Assembly: GCA_965223545.1 (NCBI GenBank)
Contig: OZ245006.1
Coordinates: 6,016,001 to 6,080,000 of the forward strand
Length of the DNA stretch: 64,000 nucleotides
Reading direction: 5' to 3'
Source: Planctomycetota bacterium
GTDB lineage: Bacteria > Planctomycetota > UBA1135 > UBA2386
Positions 1 to 8,611 of the stretch are shown here, piece after piece; the stretch's first letter is position 1, and each line of letters opens with the position of its first letter. A program made the position numbers and the translations under genes. The notes below the pieces were generated by a model. The model was not told the origin of the DNA. It saw only the letters and a list, made by a program, of their open reading frames with translations, and made no database searches.

Positions 1-1
1 A

Positions 2-406
2 TCGGACGACCAGCAGGAGCAGGACGAAGACGAAGAGCAGCAGCAAGAGCAAGAGGGCGAACCCGAGCAGGAAGGCGAACCCGAGCAGGAGGGCGAGGGC
101 GAGCAGGAGGGCGAGCAGCCGCCGCCAGACCCGCAGTCCTCCGAAGCCGACCCGCAGGAGCAGCAACCGCCGGATGAGCCGCAGCAGCAAGAGGCGCCGC
201 AGCCGTCCGAAGACGAGTCGGAGCCCGAGCCCGAGGCGGACCCCGGCGAGCAGCCGGCCGCGCCGGGCGAGGTCGAGCCCGACAAGAACCTGACGCCCGA
301 GCAGAAGCAGCGGTTGATGGAAGCGTTGGAACAAGTCCAGCAGCAGCTGCGCGAGTTGCGGGCCAAGCAGCAGTCGCGGCGGCGCCGCGTGGAGCGCGAT
401 TGGTGA
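2..406 (+). CDS. C-terminal part of BatB/BatC-type (vWA/TPR) protein, partial at window edge
   Basis: Open frame from base 2; Q/E/D/P-rich low-complexity linker ending ...RRRVERDW-stop, typical of the BatC-type 'xDW' terminus; TGA overlaps the GTG of the BatD gene. Confidence 0.65.
   Translation, partial: SDDQQEQDEDEEQQQEQEGEPEQEGEPEQEGEGEQEGEQPPPDPQSSEADPQEQQPPDEPQQQEAPQPSEDESEPEPEADPGEQPAAPGEVEPDKNLTPEQKQRLMEALEQVQQQLRELRAKQQSRRRRVERDW
53..118 (+). repeat. 18-bp coding tandem repeat (EGEPEQ x2, EGEGEQ, EGEQ)
   Basis: gagggcgaacccgagcag / gaaggcgaacccgagcag / gagggcgagggcgagcag read directly from the sequence. Confidence 0.6.
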
Positions 407-2865
407 TCGCGCTGGTCTGTGCCTTGCTGTCCCTGGCGCCGCAGTCGGGGAGGTCGGGTCCGCTGATCGTCACCGATCCTCAGCCGGGCGTGGTCGTCCT
501 CGGCAGCGCCTGCCGGGTCGCGATCACGGTCGAAGGGGACGTCCGCGTGCGCACCCCGTTGATCCCGGACATCGCCGGGGCGCGCACCCAGCTCTCGCCG
601 CCGTCGACGCTCTCGTCGCAGAGCGTGATCAACGGCCGCGTCCAGCGCAGTCAGCAGGTGCGCTGGGTGTTGACGATCCTGCCGGCCCGCGAAGGCGAGT
701 TCACCGTGGATCCGATCCAGGTCGCGATCGACGGCGTGATGCACCGCAGCCGGCCGCTGCGCTTCGAGGTCGTCAAGGAGATCATCGGCCAGGAGCTCGC
801 ATTCGTCGATGTGCGCGCGTCGGCCACCCGCGTCTACGTGCACGAGCCGGTGCGCTTTTTGGTCGACTACGGCGTCGACAGCAGTCTGCAGCCACAGGGC
901 AGTCTCAATCGGCAGAACGAACCGGTGTTCGACATCGAGCTGATGGCGCCGTGGTTGGCGGAATCGGACGCCGGAGTGATGGTGGCGGACGGCGCCAGCG
1001 GTGGCAACGTCCGGCTCTACCTCAACGGTGAGGAGCAGCTGGTCGAGTACACCAAGAACGCCGAGCGCGAGGGCAGGCGTTACCACCAGTTCCACCTGAC
1101 CAAGACGTTCCTGCCGACCAAGACCGGGACGTTCGAGCTCGTGGCACCGGTGCTGCGCTACGAGGTCGTCACCCGACGGTCGAGCTCGGTGTTCGATCGG
1201 GACGAGACCCGGACCTTGCACGCGTACGGCGAGCCAATGCAGCTCGAGGTGCTGCCGCTGCCGGAGGAGGGCCGGCCGGTGCCGTTCTACGGGGCGGTCG
1301 GCCGCTTCCAGATGGCGGCCGACGTCGATCAGAGACAGGTGCGCGTCGGCAGCAGTCTCAAGCTCAAGTTGATCATCGAGGGGTTGGGCAACACCGAGTT
1401 CTTGCGGGTGCCGAAGCTCGACGACCTCGATGGCTTTCACGTGCTGGGGGCGGTCGAGGCCCGGAGCCAGGACCGCGTCGTCGTCACCTACGACGTGACT
1501 CCGCTGTCCGCCGACGTGGAGGGCGTGCCGGCGATCCACTGGAACTTCTTCGACACTTCACCGGGCGTCGAGCGCTACGTCGAGCGGATGACCGACCCGA
1601 TCCCGTTGCAGGTGCTGGCGCTGGAGGGCGGCGAGTCGCTGGCGCCGTTGCCCGGCGAGGAGCGCAGCGCGGTCACGCCGGGAGTCGACGACATCTTCGA
1701 CATGAAGCCGCTCGCCGACCGGCCGCCGGCCCCGCGCGTCGGGTCGCCGTCGCGCGCCGCGGTGTTGACCTGGACCGCCGCCCCGTGGCTGATCGGTCTG
1801 CTTGCAGCTCTGCTGGTCCGCCGCGGCCGCCGGCGGCGCGCCGACCACGCCGGCGTCCGCGCGCGGGGGGCAGCCCGCGGTTTTCGGCAGGCGCTGCAGG
1901 CGGGGCCGCCACTCGATGCCCTGACCGCATACTTGGCGGCACGCATGGGGGTCGCCGAGGCGGCGGTGATCAGCCCCGACCTGGCGGCGCGGCTGGAGCG
2001 GGCCGGGGTCGACGAGGAGCTGGCGCGGCGCTGTGCCAGCGCGGTGGACCGGGGCGTCGCTCAGCGGTACGGCGGCGGTGAGGGCCTCGATGCCGAGACG
2101 GCCGAAGCGCTCGTCCGCGACCTCGAGCGGGGCACGCGCTGGCGCGCGCCGGCCGGAGTGGTCATCGTCGCCTTGTGTTTGTCGGGAGCACTGGTCGGGC
2201 AGGGCCGACTGGCCGAGGCGGAGAAGGCCTACCGCGACGGCGACTACGCCGCCGCGGCGCGCGCCTACGCCGCGTTGGCCGAGGCGGCCGATGCCGATCC
2301 GAGGCTGCTGTACAACCTCGGCAACGCGCTGTACCGAGAGGGCCGACTCGGCGAGGCTCTGGTCGCCTACGAGAGGGCGCGCCTGGCGCTGCCGCGCGAT
2401 AGGGAGCTGCTCGCCAACGTGCGGTTGGTGCGCCAGAAGCTCGAGCTCGGCAGCGGCGAGGGGGAGCCGTTCCTCGATGCGCTGGTCGGTCTGCGGCGCG
2501 GCTTCACCCGGGGCGAGTTGCTGGCGATCGCCGTGCTCTGTCACGCGGCGGGCGCGGTGCTGCTGATCCTGCTGCGCGGTCGATGGGGCGGGCTGTCGCG
2601 CGGCGCCGGTGTCGCGGCGGCGCTGCTCGGCGTCGTGCTGCTGGCCGAGCTCGCCTGGTGGGGGCCGGCGCGCGCGCCGCGGGCCATCGTCACCGCGCGG
2701 CGCGCGGTCGTGCTGGCGGAGCCACGGGAGGGGCTGGAACCGTTGATGCAGCTGCGCGAGGGCGTCGAGGTGGCGCTCTTGGCGGACGGCCCGGAGTGGG
2801 TCCGGGTCGGGGTCGAGGGACGCAGCGGCTACGTGCGCGCGGGGCTGGTCGGCGTGGTCCGCTGA
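403..2865 (+). CDS. batD: BatD family protein fused to BatE-like TPR + SH3 module
   Basis: Signal peptide; repeated Ig-like BatD domains (PAREGEFTVDPIQV, GAVGRFQM, VRVGSSLKLKLIIEG); TM segment; then TPR (AYRDGDY...LLYNLGNALYR...AYERARLALPRD), two TMs and an SH3-like end (LREGVEV...WVRV...SGYV). Confidence 0.8.
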   Translation: MIALVCALLSLAPQSGRSGPLIVTDPQPGVVVLGSACRVAITVEGDVRVRTPLIPDIAGARTQLSPPSTLSSQSVINGRVQRSQQVRWVLTILPAREGEFTVDPIQVAIDGVMHRSRPLRFEVVKEIIGQELAFVDVRASATRVYVHEPVRFLVDYGVDSSLQPQGSLNRQNEPVFDIELMAPWLAESDAGVMVADGASGGNVRLYLNGEEQLVEYTKNAEREGRRYHQFHLTKTFLPTKTGTFELVAPVLRYEVVTRRSSSVFDRDETRTLHAYGEPMQLEVLPLPEEGRPVPFYGAVGRFQMAADVDQRQVRVGSSLKLKLIIEGLGNTEFLRVPKLDDLDGFHVLGAVEARSQDRVVVTYDVTPLSADVEGVPAIHWNFFDTSPGVERYVERMTDPIPLQVLALEGGESLAPLPGEERSAVTPGVDDIFDMKPLADRPPAPRVGSPSRAAVLTWTAAPWLIGLLAALLVRRGRRRRADHAGVRARGAARGFRQALQAGPPLDALTAYLAARMGVAEAAVISPDLAARLERAGVDEELARRCASAVDRGVAQRYGGGEGLDAETAEALVRDLERGTRWRAPAGVVIVALCLSGALVGQGRLAEAEKAYRDGDYAAAARAYAALAEAADADPRLLYNLGNALYREGRLGEALVAYERARLALPRDRELLANVRLVRQKLELGSGEGEPFLDALVGLRRGFTRGELLAIAVLCHAAGAVLLILLRGRWGGLSRGAGVAAALLGVVLLAELAWWGPARAPRAIVTARRAVVLAEPREGLEPLMQLREGVEVALLADGPEWVRVGVEGRSGYVRAGLVGVVR

Positions 2866-3020
2866 CCGATCGGCGGCAAGGGCAACGGCCTTAAATTCGC
2901 CGCCGCGCCGGGCGTTCACCCGGGCCTCGCGCCGGTCCGCGGGAACGCCCTTGGTCCAGCGTTGCCCCGCTGGCGCCCCCGTGTTACGTCTACCGCCCGA
3001 GATCCCACCGCCGCCCTCCC

Positions 3021-3251
3021 ATGAGCGACTCTGAAAAGCACTTCGGACCCAAGTTCTTCGCCCTCGGCCTCGTGCTCGGCGGCGCGCTGATCGCCTTCTT
3101 CGTCGTGCTCTCGGAGAGCCAGGGGCTGCGCTCCGGCTTCGTGGGGGTGCCGCCCAACGCGACTTGGTACGAGCCGGATGCCGGTGGCGACTCGGGTTCG
3201 GGTGGTCTGGCCTCGGGTGGTCCGGCCTCGGGGGCCGCCGAGGGTCACTGA
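3021..3251 (+). CDS. small single-pass membrane protein
   Basis: 76 aa, one hydrophobic helix (FFALGLVLGGALIAFFVVL), genome-like codon usage, sits at the head of the DHOR genes. Confidence 0.55.
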   Translation: MSDSEKHFGPKFFALGLVLGGALIAFFVVLSESQGLRSGFVGVPPNATWYEPDAGGDSGSGGLASGGPASGAAEGH

Positions 3252-3308
3252 GGCGCGGACGACACTGACGCGCGCGGCACCCTGGGGTGCCCGCCTTCGC
3301 CGGTCGGT

Positions 3309-4637
3309 GTGCGGTATGCTGGATGCAGCATGCCATTTCGCGCCCTGCCCCGGTCGGTGGCGCCGCGATCGCCTCTTGCGGTGGCGGTTGCCGCGGCCTT
3401 GCTCGTGTTCGTCTCCGCTTGTGGTGGCGGGGCGTCCGCCGGCTTGGTGGTCGGCGGTGCCACGAGCACCACGTCGGGGCCGCGCCCGCTGGCGGGCCGC
3501 AAGCTCGGCGATCCGATCCCCGGACTGACCGACGCTCAGTTGGCGGCGTTCGAGCGGGGCCGCGTGCTGTTCGAGAAAGAGTGGACCCCCGAAGAGGGAC
3601 TCGGCCCGCTCTACAACGCGACGTCGTGTGCGTCGTGCCACTCGACACCGGTCACCGGTGGCTCGTCACAGCTGTACCGCAACTTCTACTTGGCGATGAC
3701 GGGCACCGCCCCGTTTCAGGGCACGTTCCCCGAGCTGCCGAGCCCGGTCGTACCGGCCTATGGTCCGCACGTGTTCGGCGGCGCGTCCGCCTTCAGCCTC
3801 GAGTCGGGGCGGTTCGCGATCCCGCCGACCTACTTCGGTTCGCCGGTGACGGTGGCCCAACGCAACGCCGTGCCGGTGTTCGGCACCGGGCTGTTCGAGT
3901 TCATCTCCAACACCGACATCCTCGCCAACGCCGATCCGTTCGACGCCGACGGCGATGGCATCAGCGGGCGGGCCAACTACGACAACGGCGATCTCGGCCG
4001 TTTCGGCGTCAAGGCCCAGGCGAACAACGTCGAGCGTTTCACCCGGCCACCGCTCAACAACCAGATGGGCATCACCAGCGATCCGTTCCTCGGGTCGGCG
4101 GGCACCATCTCGCTGGGCAGCGCGGCGCAGGGGACCGTCGACCCCAACGCTCCGCTGGTCGACAACGATCCGGTGCCGGATCCCGAGATCTCACGGGCCG
4201 AGCTCGGCGACCTGATCGCGTTCACGCGCTTTCTGGCGCCGCCGGCGCGGCTGCCGTTCAACGCCGAGGCCCAGCGCGGCGAGCAGGTGTTCGCGCAAGT
4301 GCGCTGCACGGCGTGCCACATCCCGAGCTTGCCGTCGTCGCGCGGGCCGGTCGAGGCCTACACCGACCTCTTGCTGCACGACATGGGGCCCGGGCTCGCC
4401 GACGGCTTGCAGTTCGGCGTGCCCGCGCTCGGCGGTCTGTCGACCGGTGGCGAGTTCCGCACCCAGCCGCTGTGGGGGGTGTCGTTGCACGCGCCTTTCC
4501 TGCACGACGGCCGCGCCGAGACCCTGCGAGAGGCGATCCTGGCCCACGGCGGCGAGGCGCAGGCCAGCCGCGACGCGTTCGCCGCGCTGTCGGTGGACGA
4601 CCAGCGCGCCGTGATCTCGTTCTTGGAGCACTTGTGA
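3309..4637 (+). CDS. di-heme oxidoredictase (DHOR) family lipoprotein
   Basis: GLGPLYNATSCASCH and CTACH heme motifs, DPFDADGDGISGR, GRFGVKA, YTDLLLHDMG, FRTQPLWG, FLHDGRA; lipobox-like VFVSAC. Start could be the ATG at 3330. Confidence 0.85.
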   Translation: MRYAGCSMPFRALPRSVAPRSPLAVAVAAALLVFVSACGGGASAGLVVGGATSTTSGPRPLAGRKLGDPIPGLTDAQLAAFERGRVLFEKEWTPEEGLGPLYNATSCASCHSTPVTGGSSQLYRNFYLAMTGTAPFQGTFPELPSPVVPAYGPHVFGGASAFSLESGRFAIPPTYFGSPVTVAQRNAVPVFGTGLFEFISNTDILANADPFDADGDGISGRANYDNGDLGRFGVKAQANNVERFTRPPLNNQMGITSDPFLGSAGTISLGSAAQGTVDPNAPLVDNDPVPDPEISRAELGDLIAFTRFLAPPARLPFNAEAQRGEQVFAQVRCTACHIPSLPSSRGPVEAYTDLLLHDMGPGLADGLQFGVPALGGLSTGGEFRTQPLWGVSLHAPFLHDGRAETLREAILAHGGEAQASRDAFAALSVDDQRAVISFLEHL

Positions 4638-4650
4638 TGCGGATCGACCT

Positions 4651-5814
4651 GTGATGCGGATCGAAACGACGAGGGCGATCGCGGTGGCCGGCGCGTGCTG
4701 GGCGCTGGCGGCCACGGCGCTGGCGCAGCGGGCGCGCGACCCCCGGATCCCCGACGCGGTGCACCCGATGGAGCGCGCCCTCGACAACATGGCGCGCGAC
4801 GATCTCCGGTTCGCGCTCGGTATGCGACTGTTCGATACCGCGTTCCACCGCTCGCACGGGCTCGGCTCACCCGAGATGAACGCCGACAGCTGCCGTGCGT
4901 GCCACCAGCAGCCGGCGATCGGCGGCGCCGGTGGGCTCGAGCTCAACGTCACCCGGATGGGCGACGACGGCTTCGGCACGCGGCCGTTCCAAAACGTCGC
5001 CGGCGGGCAGGGGCTGAGCAAGTTCCGGCCGCCCTGGGTCGGTGGCCGCGAGGAGCACAGCGCCATCGTGGCGACCGTGTTCGAGCAGCGGCAGACGCCG
5101 TCGATCTTCGGCGCCGGCCAGATCGACGGGATCCCGGCGGCGGCGATCCTCGAGAACGAGGACCCGCAGGATCTCGACGGCGACGGCATCTATGGCGTCG
5201 CGCGCCGGCTCGTCATCGCGGGCGAGCCCGACGTCGGCCGCTTCGGTTGGAAGGCGCAAGTGCCGCGGTTGCGCGATTTCGTCATGGACGCGATGGGCGG
5301 TGAGCTCGGCATCACCACTCCCGACGACGGGCGAGGGTTCGCCATGGTGACGGACGCCGACGGCGTGGCCGACCCGGAGCTCTCGGCGAAAGACGTCGGC
5401 CTGGTGCACCATTTCATGGCGCACTTGCCGGCGCCGCGGCGCCGGTTGAGCGACTCGGCGAACGTCGCCCTCGGCGAGGCCCGCTTCGCCGCGATCGGCT
5501 GCGCCAAGTGCCACGTGCCGTCGCTGCCCGGGCGCGCGGGCCCGGTCCGGCTGTACTCGAACCTGCTGTTGCACAACGTGATGCCCGCCGGCTTCCGCGG
5601 CATGGCGGAGCCGGGTGCCCCCGTGGGCTTCTTCCGCACGCCACCGCTGTGGGGGATCTCGGAGACCGCGCCGTACATGCACGACGGCCGCGCCACCACG
5701 CTGGCCGACGCGATCGCCGCGCACGACGGCGAGGCCGCTGCCGTGCGCCAGGCCTACCAGGCACTGCCGCCGGCGGAGCAGGCCGCGGTCCTCGCGTTCT
5801 TGGCCGAGTTGTAG
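4651..5814 (+). CDS. second DHOR-family di-heme protein
   Basis: CRACH and CAKCH, DPQDLDGDGIYG, GRFGWKA, YSNLLLHNV, FRTPPLWG, YMHDGRA; Sec signal peptide. Confidence 0.85.
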   Translation: MMRIETTRAIAVAGACWALAATALAQRARDPRIPDAVHPMERALDNMARDDLRFALGMRLFDTAFHRSHGLGSPEMNADSCRACHQQPAIGGAGGLELNVTRMGDDGFGTRPFQNVAGGQGLSKFRPPWVGGREEHSAIVATVFEQRQTPSIFGAGQIDGIPAAAILENEDPQDLDGDGIYGVARRLVIAGEPDVGRFGWKAQVPRLRDFVMDAMGGELGITTPDDGRGFAMVTDADGVADPELSAKDVGLVHHFMAHLPAPRRRLSDSANVALGEARFAAIGCAKCHVPSLPGRAGPVRLYSNLLLHNVMPAGFRGMAEPGAPVGFFRTPPLWGISETAPYMHDGRATTLADAIAAHDGEAAAVRQAYQALPPAEQAAVLAFLAEL

Positions 5815-5816
5815 GA

Positions 5817-6833
5817 GTGCGCCGCGCCGTTGCCCTGTGGGGCCTGCTGCTGGTCGGCTGCGGCCCGCCGCCGGGCGAGCCGGCGCCGGCTTGGCCGCCG
5901 TTCACCGTGCGCGGGCGCTGGGCCGACCCCGGCGCGCTGCGCTGGTGGATCGAAGCCGGCGATGGACCGGTGGATGCGGCCGTGCTGCGCCGCGTGGTCG
6001 AAGATGCGTTGCGCGTCTGGGCCCAGCACCCGGCGGTGGGCTTTCGGCCGGCCTCCGACTTCGAAGATTCCCACATCGTCTATCGCTGGGGCGCCACCGC
6101 CGGCGACGGCGAGATCGGCGGTCCGTTCGGGCGCGACACGAGCGTCGCGGTCGCCGGACCGGTGGGCGCGCGCTGTGTCGTGCAACTCGACCGTGGCCAG
6201 CGCTACCGCGAGGCGGGCGCCGGCGACGTGTCCCTCGCTCAGGCCGTGGTGCACGAGACCGGCCACGCGCTGGGGCTCGGTCACAGCGCGGACCCGACGG
6301 CGGTGATGTACGCCCAGCGAGAGGTCGCGGGGACGGCCCCCAACGCCAGCGATTGGGCCGGGCTCCACTCGCTGTACGGCGGCGGCACTCCAGGGGCCGG
6401 GGACATCGACTTCGGGCCGCGCGTTCCCGCGCTGCGGCGGCTGGCTCCGCCAGGGAGGACGGAGTGGATGGCGGCGGATCTCGACGGCAACGGCGCGGCC
6501 GAGCTGCTGCTGTGGAGTGGCGGCGATCGCGGCGAGGCGGCCCTGATGGCGCTGCACTTTGCCACCGGGCCGGTCTTGCAGCGCACGGGTGGCCCCTGGC
6601 TCGGCATCGTCGGTCCGGGCACGTCGCTGCGGGTCGGCGGACAGCCCGGCCGGCGCTGGCTCGATGTCCGCTGGCCGGATGGCACCGTCGTGCGCCGCGC
6701 GCTCGACGCCCGCGGCCGGCCCGGTGCGGCAGAGCGGGGCGAGCCTTGGCCGACTCGGGCTGTCGGAGTCCACTCCGAGCTGAGCGCCGACCTGGACGGT
6801 GATGGCGTCGCCGAGCGGATCGAGCGTAGATGA
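5817..6833 (+). CDS. matrixin (M10) zinc metalloprotease lipoprotein with FG-GAP-like C-terminal motifs
   Basis: HETGHALGLGHS zinc motif plus Met-turn AVMY; lipobox LLVGC; ADLDGNG/ADLDGDG motifs; GTG 2 nt after the upstream stop. Confidence 0.8.
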   Translation: MRRAVALWGLLLVGCGPPPGEPAPAWPPFTVRGRWADPGALRWWIEAGDGPVDAAVLRRVVEDALRVWAQHPAVGFRPASDFEDSHIVYRWGATAGDGEIGGPFGRDTSVAVAGPVGARCVVQLDRGQRYREAGAGDVSLAQAVVHETGHALGLGHSADPTAVMYAQREVAGTAPNASDWAGLHSLYGGGTPGAGDIDFGPRVPALRRLAPPGRTEWMAADLDGNGAAELLLWSGGDRGEAALMALHFATGPVLQRTGGPWLGIVGPGTSLRVGGQPGRRWLDVRWPDGTVVRRALDARGRPGAAERGEPWPTRAVGVHSELSADLDGDGVAERIERR

Positions 6834-7049
6834 CGCGCGCCGAGATAAGCTCGATTTTCGATTTGGCGAAACAAGGGGGTGACCCGCAGCGTCCGATGGC
6901 GTAAGAGGTGCCTGGTGGAGGTCGTTCCCGAGCCGGCGCCGCGGGTGTCGGCAGATTTGTGGATCTGCATTGCGATGGACGCCCGTCTTGAGTCGACTGG
7001 GTGCTGCAACGCCAGGTAGGCAGAATCCCTTGTCGGCGCGGGGCTGTGG

Positions 7050-7433
7050 ATGCCAGAAATCGTGATGTTCGAGGAGTGTCTAGCTGAGGTTCGCGAGGCG
7101 ATCGCCTCGTTCGATGCGGCTCCCGGTTATGACCCTGCGGAGCGCCTCTGCCAGATGACCCGTGTGGCGTGGTCTGCCTACCTCACGCAGTACCTGGTGG
7201 AGCCCGAGCGGTGCTCGGAAGAACTCCAGCAAGACTTCAGCAGTGCGTTGGCGGCGGCGCGGACTCGAGTGGAGCGAGCCTCCGAGTGTGGTGCGCTCGA
7301 TGACATCGAACGGCAGCGGCTGCCCGGCTTCGAGCAGGCGATCGGGTTGCGGCAGACCTTGGTCGAGACCTTGCACGGCCCTGATGGCAAGCGCGCCGTG
7401 CTTGCCATTCTCGAGCGCCACGCCAATCAGTAG
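7050..7433 (+). CDS. hypothetical helical protein (island ORF1)
   Basis: 127-aa ORF with natural amino-acid composition and more A/T-ending codons than its neighbours; no motif recognised. Confidence 0.55.
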   Translation: MPEIVMFEECLAEVREAIASFDAAPGYDPAERLCQMTRVAWSAYLTQYLVEPERCSEELQQDFSSALAAARTRVERASECGALDDIERQRLPGFEQAIGLRQTLVETLHGPDGKRAVLAILERHANQ

Positions 7434-7443
7434 GGCGGTTCGA

Positions 7444-7761
7444 ATGCTGTCCGCCGGGGATCAGCGGATCGCGCTCGCCAACGTCGAGTGTGACCTGCAC
7501 AACGAGAAGGGCCAGAACCGGCCCACCGGCCCTCAGCACGCGGAGCTCATCGAGAGGGTCTTGCCTCATTTTCCGGCGGGCGAGGTTCGGGGCGGCCTGG
7601 AGCGGATCGCGGCGGCTCTGCGCCAGCCATTGCCGGAAACGGACCCCGACCACCAGCAGCGGTTGGATGCGGGGCGTCGCACGGCGGCGTTGGCCGAGGT
7701 GCGCCGGCTCAAGGGGCGGCTGGGCGGGGGGCAGACCGGCGAGAGCGCAGTGGGGCGGTGA
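7444..7761 (+). CDS. hypothetical protein (island ORF2)
   Basis: ATG 10 nt after the ORF1 stop; 105 aa MLSAGDQRIALANVECDLHNEKG...; no motif recognised. Confidence 0.5.
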   Translation: MLSAGDQRIALANVECDLHNEKGQNRPTGPQHAELIERVLPHFPAGEVRGGLERIAAALRQPLPETDPDHQQRLDAGRRTAALAEVRRLKGRLGGGQTGESAVGR

Positions 7762-7798
7762 CCCGTGGGGAGCCGACCGCCGGGCCTGGTGCCGCTCC

Positions 7799-8611
7799 TC
7801 AGGCCAAGAGTCTGACAGCCGTTTCTACCGCCGCTCGGGAAGGGTGTGCGATCAGCTGATGGAGGGCTTCGAACAGCTGGGGCTCGGGCTGCGGCCAGAA
7901 CTGTCTCGCGTGTTCGACCACGCGTTGCAGGTGGTCTCGCAGGGGGGGCGTTACCGACAGAACGGGCTCGCGTTCTTCCTCCATCATCGCCGTGCGCAGG
8001 TCTTGGACTTTGAGTCGCAAGTTCTCGGCGAGTTGCTCTTGCACCAGTTGTTTCTGCAACAGGCTCTGACCGAGTGTGCGCCCGGCGTCGGTTACCAAGA
8101 GTTCGTTCTCCAGGCCGCGGGTGACCTTGCGAACGGCCCCGTACTCGACCATCTTCGTCACGATCCGATAAGCGTTCTCCCGTCGTAGACCGATGCGCTG
8201 ATGGACGTCCTGTTGTCTCGCGCGCCCGCCCACCCGGACGAGCTCTCGCAGGATTCGATCGGCGTGCTTGTATCGGAGGACCTCGTCGATCGGCGGATGC
8301 TCGTCCGGATCGTCCAGGCGGCTGGCCAGTAGGTCCGCGAACGCGCCCCATCGCGCCAGCGAATCGGCCGTGGGCCCGTTTTGGCGGAGGCGTTCGGACG
8401 CACAGACCTGCTCGAGGTGAGTTAGGAGGTCGGCGGCGTCGCGCGTGTCTGCGCTCAGGGCCCGCGCCGTCAGTAACAGGTAGATTTCGTCCAGAACCGC
8501 AGTGACGGTCTCGTCCCATTCTTCGGTCGAGTACACCGCGCGCTCGATCTCGGCCAGGGTGGCGACCGCCGCGACCTCCTGGGGATCGCAGTGATTCAGT
8601 CGAAGCTCCAT
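7799..8611 (-). CDS. protein with central MarR-like winged helix-turn-helix
   Basis: RILRELVRVGGRARQQDVHQRIGLRRENAYRIVTKMVEYGAVRKV...LLVTDAGR matches the wHTH pattern; AGGA RBS; N-terminal helical and C-terminal coiled extensions. Confidence 0.7.
   Translation of the reverse strand: MELRLNHCDPQEVAAVATLAEIERAVYSTEEWDETVTAVLDEIYLLLTARALSADTRDAADLLTHLEQVCASERLRQNGPTADSLARWGAFADLLASRLDDPDEHPPIDEVLRYKHADRILRELVRVGGRARQQDVHQRIGLRRENAYRIVTKMVEYGAVRKVTRGLENELLVTDAGRTLGQSLLQKQLVQEQLAENLRLKVQDLRTAMMEEEREPVLSVTPPLRDHLQRVVEHARQFWPQPEPQLFEALHQLIAHPSRAAVETAVRLLA

Noticed and set aside
6849..6860. Minus-strand cgaaaatcgagc resembling the 29-bp repeat
   Set aside because: Only ~11 nt match; lacks the GAC palindrome half and GTAC.
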